From contig NIVC01000238.1 of assembly GCA_002269645.1 (NCBI GenBank), positions 103,118-167,117 of the forward strand: a stretch of DNA of 64,000 nt. Reading direction: 5' to 3'. The notes beneath the pieces are model-generated. The model was not told where the DNA came from, did no database searches, and saw only the letters and a list, made by a program, of their open reading frames with translations. This DNA is from Macrostomum lignano. Its lineage: Eukaryota. Position numbers and translations under genes: made by a program. The stretch's first letter is position 1. Every line of letters begins with the position of its first letter. This document shows, piece by piece, positions 23,401-35,517 of the stretch.

Positions 23401-25271
23401 TAACTGTCTGAATCACAGCAAAATCTGAATTCTCCGGACTTCTTCCGGGCGAGAACAATAGGGCAACTCCACTCAGATTCTGAGGGCTCAATCAAATCGT
23501 GCTCTAATAGCTGCTGCACATGCCCGCTAACAAATTCTCGTTGCTCAGGGCTTTGCTTGCGCAGGGGAATTCTGACTGGAATTTCATCGGTAGTCTCAAT
23601 CTTGAATTCGCCCATCTGGGTCTTGCCGATATCCCACTGATCCTTCGAAACTATATTTTGATAACGATGTAATAATTCAATTACTTTTCTCTTCTGAGCC
23701 TCACTTAAATCGGTCTCGTTTAAGCGGAATTGCTCCCTAAGTCTATCAGCTTCTTGCACCGTAATTGCTGCCTTCGATTGCTTCTGCGCACCTACTTCTA
23801 AATCAGTTTCTGACATTGCGAAAAGTTCTACATCTTCCTTCAGCGTTTGATACTGCGCAACTACCTCATCCTTATGAATTGTCTGTGCCTCTTCTGTCAG
23901 GTTCATTAATCTAACGTAAGTTTCGCCGAATTCGTCCAATCTAGTAATAGCTTTAGCTACTAATGGCTCATCTTTCTCGCTAATTTGACTCCGGCCTGAA
24001 ATAAAGCCGAGTTCTGCAGTTTCCGGAGTATCTTTACATTTAGCCTTGACATAAATTTCGCTCATTGGTGCTATAGATACTTTCTTGACTACTTGCAGTA
24101 GGACGCAACGCGTTTCATCACTCGTTGTTACAAGCGGAATTCTGCGATCACTAAATTCTAAGGATTTTCCTGCTATATCTAATTTAATTTTATGCCTAGT
24201 TAACAAGTCGATGCCTATTATTGATGATGTTAGTAAGCCTTCAGCAACATAGAATGGGTGCGTAATCTCGCAGTCCCCAAATCTGACGCGCAATGCTACT
24301 TGGCCTAATAAATTTGAAGTCTGGCCATTGGCGGATCGCATATTCACTGAGCATGGCTTCAGACTATGATTGCTGGATAGAGGCGTTGATATAATTTATT
24401 ATCAATTAGGCAATTTGAGGCGCCGGTATCAACTAATATTTTTTCGCTTATCCGTTAATCTGGCTATCGAGGAATAATCCTGAATTCACTAATTGGCTAG
24501 ATATGTCTGCTTCTACGGTCTTCTCTCGCTTCTCTGTTGCTTTCTTTTCAGCTGCCACATCTCGCTGGATGGCTGTCTCTAACTTCCTTAATTCTTGCTT
24601 CATTTCCCTAAGTTCAGCTCTAAGTTCTGCTGTCGTGGCACTCTTGTCAGGTTCTTCTTTCGTTGATTCTTCTTGGACTTTCTCTACCAAGCATTGGCGC
24701 AAGTCCTTCAATTCGGTTCTTAGATCTGATAATTCTTTTACTACCTTAGATTCGTCTGCTGAAGCTTTCTTTCCTTCTACTTCACTAAGTCGCAAGTCTA
24801 TGCTGTTTAATGCACTTCTCTGAGCTGCTGCAGCTTCGCTTCGTTTCTCTAATTCTTCTGTCAACGCCTCTGACTGTCTAGCTAAGCTCGCTGACTTCTG
24901 TTTGTCAATTTCTGCTAATCTGCGTTCCTCGTTTGAGCAAATTTTAACATTGACCGCTCTCTGTTTCCTACTATGAGTAGTATCGTTAGTGCGAATAAAT
25001 TTTACTGTCGCCCTCTGGCGCAGAAAATGCATAATTTCGTAATCAGTTGCTATATTAGTATTAGTCACATGAAAGAATATATCTCTATTATCGCTATCTC
25101 GCAGAAATCCGTAGCCTCTGTAATAATTGTACCAAACTAATTGCCATATTCTACATTGACTGAGCTGTCTTGCTGGTCCTCTACTGCTGCAGCTCTTCTA
25201 TTGGGAGTGAATCGGTTTAATGGCTGGGGGCGGTTGGCCCTCCCTTGGTGCCGCCCCGTCGGTAGTTTAAA
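20495..25271 (-). CDS. pol: Pol polyprotein: CSD - coiled coil - protease - RT - RNase H - integrase (five 1-nt breaks in this sequence)
   Basis: ILVDTGAS and IIGIDLL (PR); LYLDDVI (RT); ILDVDAC...TDHAALQWL (RH); HDQMAH...CTEC, HIDFAGP, ISDRGTSF, ANGRCERM, WVGPY (IN). Confidence 0.93.
24946..25152 (-). CDS. Cold-shock domain embedded in the retroelement polyprotein
   Basis: EYG/LVWYNYYRGYGFLRDSDNRDIFFHVTNTNIATDYEIMHFLRQRATVKFIRTNDTTHSRKQRAVNV; RNP1 (RGYGFL) and RNP2 (DIFFH) match the CspA/Y-box KGFGFI and DVFVH motifs. Confidence 0.85.
25203..25271 (-). promoter_or_regulatory. -1 ribosomal frameshift signal
   Basis: T TTA AAC in gag phase (25271-25265), 7-nt spacer, stem GGGGCGG/CCGCCCC, loop GGGAG able to pair with downstream CTCCC. 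Confidence 0.8.
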
Positions 25272-26452
25272 GAATTTCGTCTAACTGGGCAGTCTCTGGC
25301 CAGGTGAGTTTCTTCGCCGCACTCATAACAGGCCTTTCTCGCATTTGGCGCGTTCGCCCCCGAAGGTTTGAACCTGTCATTGGCCCCTCCGGCCTCGTGA
25401 CCAAAGCGTGGCGGGCGTGTCATGGCGGGCCTGACAAATGGCGAAGACTGCCTATTATAGGGTCTCGAGTAACTGCTCATGTGATGCTGTGGCCGAAAGC
25501 TATTCGGAGGCTGCACTGGTGCCTGTGGCCTATAGCTTGGGTTCATTTGTCTATGGGCGAACCTGGGTTGCCATTGCCTGTAGTCGAACTGAGGCTGATG
25601 ATTCTGGTACGATTGGTACTGCGAAGGATAGTTGCTCGGGGAAGCAAACTGAGGTCCAAATGACTGGTGGCCTTGCCCCGTGCTGGGTGCTGCTACAGGC
25701 GTCTGTTCCTTCCCTACTTGAGCCGTTAACGTATTCGAGCCCTCTTGCTTCCTTCTACTCTTTTGGCTACCTGGGTTTGCGAGTTCTTCGAGGATCTCCT
25801 CGTTCTTAGCTGCAGTCAATAAATCTTGAGTCTGATACTTCGATTCATGGGTTCTACGATAGGCAATAACTGCGCGCCTGACTTTATAATTTGCTATGCC
25901 GGCTTCAAATCGTTCAGAAACTCGCTCTCGAGCCTGATTCTCTAGTCCTGCTTTCCTAACTAATTCAACTAGTGCGTCGTAAAATTCTTCTAATGATTCG
26001 TCTTCCTTCTGCTTGCGGTTCATCAGCTCTAGCTTCGCTTCTTCCTTCTGTCCTACGGGCTTAAATTTGTCCTTTAAAGTCTTTTCGATGCTTTCGAAAG
26101 ATTCGGTGCTCGCTAGGCCTAAGTTAATGTAAACCTTGTAGGCGTCTTCGTCTAGGAGCGACAATAGCTGATACACTTTGGCCGATTCATCTATACCGTT
26201 GCCTTGACAGTAGTTGTTGAAGATTCTTAGAAACAGTTCGAAATCTGAGCCAAGTCGGTATGGCTTGGGCTTTGCTACGCTGTTATGCGACTTCAAAATC
26301 ACTCTAGGTTCGGGATTTTCGGTTTCCATTCTTCTTATGCGGTCCTGCAGTTCTCTCACTACTGTTCTCAAATGTTCGGCCTCATCTATTTCGCCTTCGT
26401 TCCTAATCTCAACTGACTTCGATTCCTGACTATTTTCTCCGTCCTGCGCCAT
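25217..26452 (-). CDS. gag: Gag (capsid-like region + CCHC zinc knuckle), 411 aa
   Basis: Retrotransposon gag motif RKQKEDESLEEFYDAL; CYECGEETHLARDC; uninterrupted ORF. Confidence 0.93.
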   Translation of the reverse strand: MAQDGENSQESKSVEIRNEGEIDEAEHLRTVVRELQDRIRRMETENPEPRVILKSHNSVAKPKPYRLGSDFELFLRIFNNYCQGNGIDESAKVYQLLSLLDEDAYKVYINLGLASTESFESIEKTLKDKFKPVGQKEEAKLELMNRKQKEDESLEEFYDALVELVRKAGLENQARERVSERFEAGIANYKVRRAVIAYRRTHESKYQTQDLLTAAKNEEILEELANPGSQKSRRKQEGSNTLTAQVGKEQTPVAAPSTGQGHQSFGPQFASPSNYPSQYQSYQNHQPQFDYRQWQPRFAHRQMNPSYRPQAPVQPPNSFRPQHHMSSYSRPYNRQSSPFVRPAMTRPPRFGHEAGGANDRFKPSGANAPNARKACYECGEETHLARDCPVRRNSLNYRRGGTKGGPTAPSH

Positions 26453-26958
26453 TGCTAAGTTTCAACCAATTGGAATTTCTATTACTGCAACTTCAGAAAG
26501 TACAACTTGTAAAGCTATAACAATTTCAATAATCTAGCTTTCTATTTTATCTAATGAGCGGAATCGGTCGCCTCGCTCGCACTGGCAATAACTGATAAGA
26601 AAAACTGAATGTACACTGAGACAAATTCAACCAATGTACTCTCTAGTGCGCGCACTCGCAGACTATGCTGATAAACACTAATAAAATTTTCAACTGTAAA
26701 CAAAATCTACTTTCACACGCAAGTTTCTATTAAAGTGCTAATTTGAGTTTAGAAAGTCAATTTTATTTTTCCCACTCCTAAATCCTATTCAGTATTTTGG
26801 GGTAACTGGCCAACCGCAAAACCACACCTAATGCGGAATTGCTGCACACTGCGTGGTTGACGAAATAGCCGCTACGAGCCTGGAACAGACTCGTTGAATT
26901 TTAGTCTAAGCTTGCTCACTTAGAGCGCCTACCAATAAACTGCCGCCTGCTAACTATT

Positions 26959-26978
26959 GGATTCCCAGGGGCTCCACT
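26959..26978 (-). promoter_or_regulatory. Primer-binding site
   Basis: AG-TGGAGCCCCTGGGAATCC directly after the 5' LTR (TGG is complementary to tRNA CCA); cognate tRNA not assigned. Confidence 0.7.
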
Positions 26979-28178
26979 TGTGATAAATAGGCAATTAGAT
27001 AATAGCATGCACGGTGAGCAATTATTTAGGCCCTAGACAAACCTACTTGGAGCGTTCGGAGATTTTAAAGCTATTAATCCTAATCGCCTATCGCCGGTCG
27101 GCGAGTCCTACCAGTCTTCTCCAATAGCCGCAGGTACAGTACAAGAAAATAAAGAACACGAGGAAACACAAACCGAAAGATTTAGAGAGTGATAATCCTA
27201 TTTCAGAATAACTAACTTGATTGACGGTTTAATTTGATTAGCTGAGTTACAAGATTCAACAAGATTCAATTACAAGATGCAATTCGCGGCGCAGATAAAT
27301 TGACACAGATGATAATAACGATTAATAACTAATAAATTAATTACGCAACTGGCAAGCGGATCTCAGCTGAAGAAGAAGGAGGCACCGAACACAGGACCAC
27401 GGAGAAAGACTCCTAACCCCTGGCCTAAGCCAGAACCTACTCTCAAACGAGAGCCCTGCCGAACCGACCGTTCAACGGAGTACCGACTAAATTCTATCGG
27501 CACTGCCCTTCAGTGTAACACTGAGGCCCTCGGGGTCGAGGCCGCGTACTTGATCAGATCCGACAGTCTCTATCTAACCGCGCTTGATAGCGACGACTTC
27601 AGACAGAAATTTGCCGTAGACGTTACGCCACAAGACTACTGCGGTTGGGCGGGAACAAAGATATGGACCGGGGGTGATGAAATCAAAACGCCTCAAAGCG
27701 CGAACCAACAAGGGGAGGAAAAGTCGGGCCACCGGCCGGGAACTGGACAAGACAAAACCGGGGAAAAGGAGAGAGACGAGATCCGATTGCCAAAACACAC
27801 CTTCATATATAGTCAGAGTCACAACCCCTCAAAACCCCCCTCAAGCCGGGTGGTGGTCGTCTGGCCGGCCGCTCGCTTAAGCCGAATTGCACTGTGCCCG
27901 CGGCGCCGGGTAGAATTGAACTTGCCGCGTGCCAGGGTCCAGGCCGGTTCTGATTGGCTGACCGCGCAAAGCTAGGGTTCGCATACAAACTCAACCCTCC
28001 GCTGAGTCACAGATGGCGTCTAACTCTAACCTGTTTACGCAAAATTGATTCCAACTAACAAGGAAAAAGTACACCAAAAACGTATGACTAAACTAAAGCA
28101 AAATAACAATTCAATAACAATATAGAAACTAATGCAGTCAATTTACAACAAAATACACGCAAAGATGCTCACACTACA
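26979..28178 (-). repeat. 5' LTR (1200 bp)
   Basis: Near-identical to 17646-18844; followed on the + strand by TSD GGTA. Confidence 0.97.
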
Positions 28179-29065
28179 GGTAATTCAGACTCTGCCTTTA
28201 AAACAAGCTTACTAAAGCGAGTTGTATCAAATATTCGACAGGTCGAAATGTCATGTTAGTTTTTTGAGCTCCCCAAATGTAGCCCATTCTTGGTAAAACA
28301 AAATCATGTCATCCACTTTTCCGTACAGCAACCTGACGACATTGACGTCGATGAAAAATATGTACTCTTACATTACATCGACGGATAGCAACATCACACG
28401 TAATACGATAGAAATTTTCTTCTAGCAGCTTTTTGCCAATGGTTTGGCAAAGCAAATGAGGAATCATCACAAAAAGAAAGTTTATGCAATTCTGAGATTT
28501 CGCCAAAAATGAAATTTCTACTAGCTTGTATTTTTCTTTGCAAACAATCTATGTCGATTTCTGCTTCTGTTGCTGTACTTGCTTACACATTGAAATTATA
28601 TCAGGGGCACGAAATTCTTGCAAAAAAGTTGTTTGTTAGTTTCAAGAGCAAGTCTCCAAATTTCCAAGTTTTTGTTGCTAGGGTATTGGCTTTGTTTTAA
28701 TGCTTTTATCTGTAAGCAAGTGGAAACAATGGAAACCCAATGTATGTTTGCAGGATTGACATGCGCCACTGGTCACGCCTCTCTAAGCAAGCAGAAAATG
28801 ATGCGCTCCAATCCTACAGTGTGACAGTTGTGACAAAGCTGCACAGGCACATAGCAGCATCCGTGAACAAAAATACATTTCGAAGCTTAGAGAGGAATGC
28901 CTGACAACGCTGCAAACAAGTTTCGCTCAACCTGAACGTTGCAGCAAGCTTTAAATTCTCGCTATTACCATCGGCCGAAAGTCGCTCATTCAATCTTCGA
29001 CATGCAGTTTATCCTGATTAATAAATGCACTAGATCTAGTTAAAGAAAAATAATCTTACACATAC

Positions 29066-29939
29066 ATGAATCGTTACGGTATGCTTGGTCGGGCCTACTG
29101 CCTGCTCAGCCTGCTGTCCGTCGTGTCCGGCGTCTGCGTCCGCTTCCGCTTCGTCTGCGGTTGCCCCGGAAACGTGACCGACCTGTTTCGGGTTAACGGA
29201 GTTCGAGACCCTCGCGTCTGCTCGGTGGAGTGCGCAGTGCGACCCAACTGCACCGCCGTGTTCAAGCGAGACGGCACTTGCTATCTGGCCACTGCCGCTC
29301 AGTATGAGGCGCTGTGGAGACCCCTGGACTGCATCAGCGAGGTCAGTCGGTATCTCTTGCCTTGTGATTCAATTGTTTTTGGATAATTTTTGCAGCAAAA
29401 AAGCAAAAGTGCGTGCTGGGGTAATGCAAAAGTATTCTCCCTGCAAATAAAACAATCTCTATAAAACAAGTTGAGATGTCGGAAATGTTTCAGCCAATTT
29501 CACTCATTTATAGGTCGTTGAGGATCGGCTTCTATCCAACATTACTGAGGAAAAAAGTTTCGAGACTGACACTGCTCCAGCTTCAACCACTGCTCCAGCC
29601 TCAACCACTGCTCCAGCCTTAACCACTGCTCCAGCCTCATCCACTGCTCCAGCCTCATCCACTGCTCCAGCCTCAGCCACTGCTCCAGCCTCAACCACTG
29701 CTCCAGCCTCAACCACTGCTCCAGCCTCAACCACTGCTCTAACAACAGCTGACACTGCTCCAACAACAGCTGACACTGCTCCAACAACAGCTGACACTGC
29801 TCCAACAACAGCTGACACTGCTCCAACAACAGCTGACACTGCTCCAACAACAGCTGACACTGCTCCAACAACAGCTGACACTGCTCCAACAACAGCTGAC
29901 ACTGCTCCAACAACAGCTGACACTTCTCGAACGCTTTGA
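29066..29939 (+). CDS. PAN/apple-mucin gene copy 6, intact (exons 29066-29341, 29514-29939)
   Basis: MNRYGMLGRAYCLLSLLSVVSG + PAN core; tatag|GTCGTTGAG acceptor; (TTAPAS)n then (TADTAPT)n; TGA 29937-29939. Confidence 0.85.
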
Positions 29940-31400
29940 GAATAAAGTCTCAGTAGAATTTGATGCATGGAAATGACTGAAGTCTCGGTAACCTTATATT
30001 TATTATACCTTTTAAACGCTTTTTAACAGAATATGCATGCGCAGTTTTACATGCACAGGCCTACGAGGAAGATTAGCAATGTCTATTGACCATAATGAAA
30101 GGGACCTGTGTAAAGTTGAGTTTGCAATAATAAAATTGAAATTGATTTTTAAGGAATTTGTTAACAAAACAGGTTACGATCCAAACCGTATCAAAATACC
30201 GATAGTGTCGCTGGATGTTTCTGGGACTTCTAGTCATTGCTTTTTCCCCCAAGATTTCAGGCAATCAGCGTGGGGCAGAGCAGTTAAACCTGACTCTTGA
30301 ACCGCGACCCCTGGTTCGATTCCGTGTGCGGCGGTATCGAGGTCGCCGAGGACGTTGCTCCAGAATGCCAGCAACCCACTTGCAAGTACTATCATTGCTA
30401 TTTCCACCAAGGCGCACGTTCAGCAAAAGTGAAAAAACTCGGTCAGTTTCCAAGTCTTTATTTTAATTGGGTTTTAAGCAAACAAAGTTGCAGAAATCGG
30501 TTTCAAAGACTGGAATCACAGTAAATCAAAGCGTCATGGCTTGTGAATTGACTGGCTTTGAATTGACTCGCTCGATGATGGCCCTTGATGCATTTCTGGG
30601 TGTACCTAAAGCTCATGATTCAGAAGAAAAAGCCTCCAGAAAATCTTCGCTATGTTGTTTCTGTTGCCTGACAACAAGAATTTTCACTGTTTTTCTTTCT
30701 CAAGATTCCTCTTTGTATGAGGTCGGTCGAACAACTTGAGTAGAAAGATGCAACACTCGACTTTCTTAGACACAAGCTGGGGGCCGATTAGTATCGTGTA
30801 TTTGTCGTATCGCTAATGCATTCAAGGTGCCTCCGACTGGCTTAAAATGGTAAATGGTACTTAGTGAAACGAAACAAACTGCTTTATATTTGAGATACGT
30901 GGGAAATAAGAACTAATAATGCTGATAACTTGATTTGACCAAGTGGACTTCATTATACACGTGAAATTTTTATTTGGTATGCTTAGAATGAGAATTCGTC
31001 CTAAAAGATTAATACTTGTCGAAACATGTCACTGAAGCATAACTAATAATTAGCGGTCTCAAATATTAGAAAACCGATTTAGACGGACGATTTACTAGCT
31101 CATTATAACTTTCCTTAACGGTCTACAGCTCATTTCTAAGAAAGTCGAGTGTCCTTCGACTCAGGAGCTTTGCATTGGATTTTATGATGAGCAGGACAAA
31201 GCCAAGAATTCTACGTGGGTAATTTTCAAGATTTTTTTGGGAATCGGTGTGTTAGCCCACATTTATACTCCTCAGGCAGGCACTCATTCGGGGGGGGGGG
31301 GCAGATCTTGGCGCCCAGAAACCAAGTTATTGATTCTCATAACGGGTCACAAGGTGAGGTGGTCACAAGCCGTTGTCCACTCGTTGCTGAGGGTACGTCT

Positions 31401-32436
31401 TCATTGTCCTTGATGATAAAAGCCTACAGCATGTGAGTGAACAATTAATAAATTCATGCAGCCACCCTCTTCAAAATCACGCTACAAGTCACAGGGCAGG
31501 TTCCAGCCGACCAGCTTGTACCCGTGGGACATCGCATTTGCACATGTGCTCCCTTATGGCACTCCAGATTTGATTCGTCACTGCTGCGATCCCCCACGAC
31601 GCCAGTGGTGCACAAACAGAGCAAAGAAGCTGACTAGTGGTGGCGTACTCGGCTACACTCGCTTTTGTCGTAGCAGTAGTCAGTTGCTGTGACAGTAGTC
31701 AGTTGTTGTGACAGTAGTCAGTTGTTGTGGCAGTGTCAGGTGTTGTGGCAGTAGTCAGTTGTTGTGGCAGTGTCAGGTGTTGTGGCAGTAGTCAGTTGTT
31801 GTGGCAGTGTCAGGTGTTGTGGCAGTAGTCAGTTGTTGTGGCAGTGTCAGGTGTTGTGGCAGTGTCAGTTTTTGTGGCAGTTTTAGGTGTTGTGGCAGTG
31901 TCAGGCATTGTGGCAGTGTCAGGTGTTGTGGCAGTGTCAGGTGTTGTGGCAGTGTCAGATGTTGTGGCAGTGTCAGATGTTGTGGCAGTGTCAGGTGTTG
32001 TGGCAGTGTCAGGTGTTGTGGCAGTGTCAGATGTTGTGGCAGTGTCAGGTGTTGTGGCAGTGTCAGGTACCTGATCCACTATCCACTACCAACAGACAAT
32101 CGGATGAACTGATATTAGTTGCGTTTCTTTATGAAAAAAGTTTACCATTAAGCAGAAAAAATTGAGCACCGACCTTCCTCGCTGACGCAGTCCAGGGGTC
32201 TCCACAGCGCCTCATACTGAGCGGCAGTGGCCAGATAGCAAGTGCCGTCTCGCTTGAACACGGCGGTGCAGTTGGGTCGCACTGCGCACTCCACCGAACA
32301 GGCGCGAGAATCTCGAACTCGGAGACATGTCGGTCACGTTTCCGGGGCAACCGCAGACGACGCGGAAGCGGACGCAGACGCCGGACACGACGGACAGCAG
32401 GCTGAGCAGGCAGCAGATTCGCAACGATGGCTTCAT
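31401..32436 (-). pseudogene. PAN-mucin-ChtBD2-like copy 7 (inverted, frameshifted)
   Basis: MKPSLRICCLLSLLSVVSG; deletion/frameshift after GNVTD; exon 2 from atcag|GTACCT (32070) with 18-bp PDTATT repeats; remnant ECHKGAHVQMRCPTGTSWSAGTCP. Confidence 0.75.
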
Positions 32437-33267
32437 CGCCAAGAGTTTCAGTCCACTATTTTCCCACTTGCTCGAAACTTGGTTTCAAATTCTTCGATTG
32501 CGAATGTAAAACGTGGCAAGAACTGATTTGAAAATGTGCAGTCGTGCGAGATTACAAGATTAGCATACCAGTTTTTATGCTAACAGTGAAGTCAAATGTG
32601 TAACTTTGTTCTACTAATCCTGTTTGTGTGTCGTACGGAGGCATTTTGTTTTTCACTACACATACTACTCGTCAGTAGGCAAGCTGTAGTTATCGTGAAT
32701 GAAAATTAAAACAAAAGTATTCATGAAATATTTTGGTTGTGACAGGCCGTCTGAGCAAACTAAAGGAGCTCCCCAACGGCGAGCGCGGGTTCGCTTCAAT
32801 CCGCTGGCCGGACTGAGCTTCGATCCTGAGCGGAGGTCGCGTCAAGAAGCGTCGACAGTCCGTCCCTAAACGTCCTAAGTACTGCTCCCAAGCCCAGTAT
32901 AGTTCCGAAAGTAGTAACTCAAACACGCGAACTTCTGGCGATGATCAATTCAGTGTATTCACGACTCAGCAAAGAGCAGGTGGCGTGATTAACTAGTGGA
33001 TAGTTTCGGCAGAAAGTATTCTGTTGATGGCCTAGTTTAAGTTGCAGGACCTGCTCCCCGCCAGCGATTCTCATTGTATTTAGGCTGCCTGGCGTAAGCC
33101 CTAGGGTCCCACGCCAGACAGCATTAGCGCAAACAATCCACCCCAAGCCAATCGCGACACGCCAGAGGGTCAAAAATACAATATGTAACAACCTCAGCCA
33201 ATCAAAAGAAAGCGGGGGGGGTTTCAACGACAACGCGGGGCAGGGGGGTGATGTACACATTATCAAT

Positions 33268-33620
33268 TCATTACTATTGTCATCATTATCAATATAACAC
33301 GAGTAATAATTAATAATAATTTACTACACCTGCCCCGATTGGGCCAGATGTGCAACCGACAGCTCAGCCGCAGCTATTGCGCGGCGCATCTGAAGGCTGC
33401 GTACGGCTGTTCAGTCCAAGGTCTGGGGGGTCGCCCCATATAGCCTCAATTACGAGCGTACCCCAGCTACTGCTGGCACCCATTTTACACCTAGGTGAAC
33501 TGAAGCAATGCAGCGTTAAGTGTCTTTCTCAAGGACACAAATTGTCCCAGTGAAATCAGGAATCGAACCCGCGACCTTAAAGTCGTGATTCCGACGCTCT
33601 AACCGCTAAGCTATAACCCC
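33268..33620 (-). mobile_element. tRNA-derived CORE-like SINE
   Basis: Minus strand has A box, B box GGTTCGATTCC, a central segment resembling the MIR/CORE motif (cccattttaca...gaactga...ttaagtg...caaggacac) and an (ATT)-rich tail. Confidence 0.75.
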
Positions 33621-33750
33621 TAGGCTAGGCAACAGCACAGTATCAAACATTAATCTAGAGAGGTTAACAATATACCAGCATTAGGCTGAAACGTTAGGAC
33701 ATGAGATTGCAAAAACAAATTCACTGAATCATAATGCCTGATTTGCTCTA

Positions 33751-33828
33751 AAGCCAGACGGCACCTGCTATCTGGCTACTGCCGCTCAGTATTTGGCGCT
33801 GTGCATGGAGACCCCTGGACTGCGTCAG
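33751..33828 (+). pseudogene. PAN exon remnant (copy 8)
   Basis: aagccagacggcacctgctatctggctactgccgctcagtat...cccctggactgcgtcag matches the family core. Confidence 0.75.
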
Positions 33829-34653
33829 TATGTTCTCCGCGATGCTTTAAAAGGAAAAATCTTTGATATTAGGTTCATCGATTTGATGTTTGATTTAATA
33901 TTGGCAGGTTATCTGCTTATATTTACGGTGTCACATTTCTAGGTACAAGTAATGCAGAGGAGGCGTATATTCCGTACCTACAAAAAAGTAGGTACATTTA
34001 AATAAACTTCATAAAAGTAGGCACTATCTATGTATGTGCTTTTTTGAAATCCATTTTTTATTCTTTAATCATCGAACGGACTAGTAGAAAAAGTAGCAAA
34101 ATAGCCAACATAATAAGCTCATAAATACGCTCGTAACTCATTTCAAGTTCGACATATTCAATTCAAGTGGCGACCAGCCAAATCAGGGTTACCCAAAGAC
34201 CAAGTCAAGTGCATCATATAGTCAGTTTAAGTAGCAGACTCTGGGTTTCCGGGTATTTTCCTCTGTCTATTTATTCTGGCAGATAAGCTGAATTTTCTGC
34301 ATTATGGTTTGACTGCTATCAGGAAGATATAATCAGTGAAATCACACTGCTGTCATAAGCCTGCGAATCTTCCAGAGCTCTCTCAAATTTCGACAAGCCA
34401 TTTTACTTCCTAGAAAAAGCATATCTAGTATTAATTTTTCTATTCTCCACCTGCAGCCCTACGTTTGTCAATTTCCACACTCTAAATTTACTTTGTGGAA
34501 CCTGATCGGTGCACTGCAGTTGGCACCCACGCAGTTTTATCCAGTTTTGCTGCCTGAAAACCTAGGTTTGGTTTCATTATTTGACATAAATTCAGATCTG
34601 GTTCTAAAACTGAAAATATCAAATCTACATGCAGCTGCAACTTTAATTGTGGG

Positions 34654-34983
<330 letters not shown>

Positions 34984-35517
34984 AGTATGCTTAGGTCCAT
35001 ATTAAATCTTTACTGAAAATGTTCGAATTTAAATTAATGCGAAAAAAATTTACGTTTTTGACTAAAAAATTAGACGAATTGAAAATTGGTAGATTTTTCT
35101 TTTTTTCTTTTTTAAACCCCTTAAAGCCGATTTTTAATATCTTAATATCAATTGATATTATAAAACCAGGTAATTATGCAGCCAGGACGTTCCGTCTCAA
35201 GGCAGAATGTCCGAACAAATTTTCTGTTGCTACCGAAGTTGAATTTTATCATCTGAAGCGAAAATCTTAAATAATTCTGTTTGGATTCCCAAGAATTATA
35301 GTTATGGCTCTAGGGAAGAGCTTTAGTTAGGGTTAGGGAGATGCCAGGGCTCGTGGGGCAGTTGCTGAGATGCTAATGCCAATAAATAGATCGATTCGAT
35401 GAGAGCTAGCCTAGATGTGGCAAGGCTGAACTGCTAATGCAGTGACAAAGGTTCGAATTTTGAGTGCAATGTTTCTATTTAAAGCTTTTATAATGTGACG
35501 AAAACTCAAGGAAAGAA

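Larger units (their letters stand above)
17646..28178 (-). mobile_element. Full-length Ty3/Gypsy LTR retrotransposon (10,533 bp)
   Basis: Two TG...CA LTRs, 4-bp TSD GGTA (17642-17645, 28179-28182), PBS, PPT, and gag-PR-RT-RH-IN domain order. Confidence 0.97.

Noticed and set aside
30271-30325. tRNA-like sequence with B box GGTTCGATTCC
   Set aside because: No complete cloverleaf or matching acceptor stem; probably a decayed SINE head.
32738-33259. Possible solo LTR (TGTGAC...GTACACA, CCAAT boxes)
   Set aside because: No target-site duplication and no second copy in the window.
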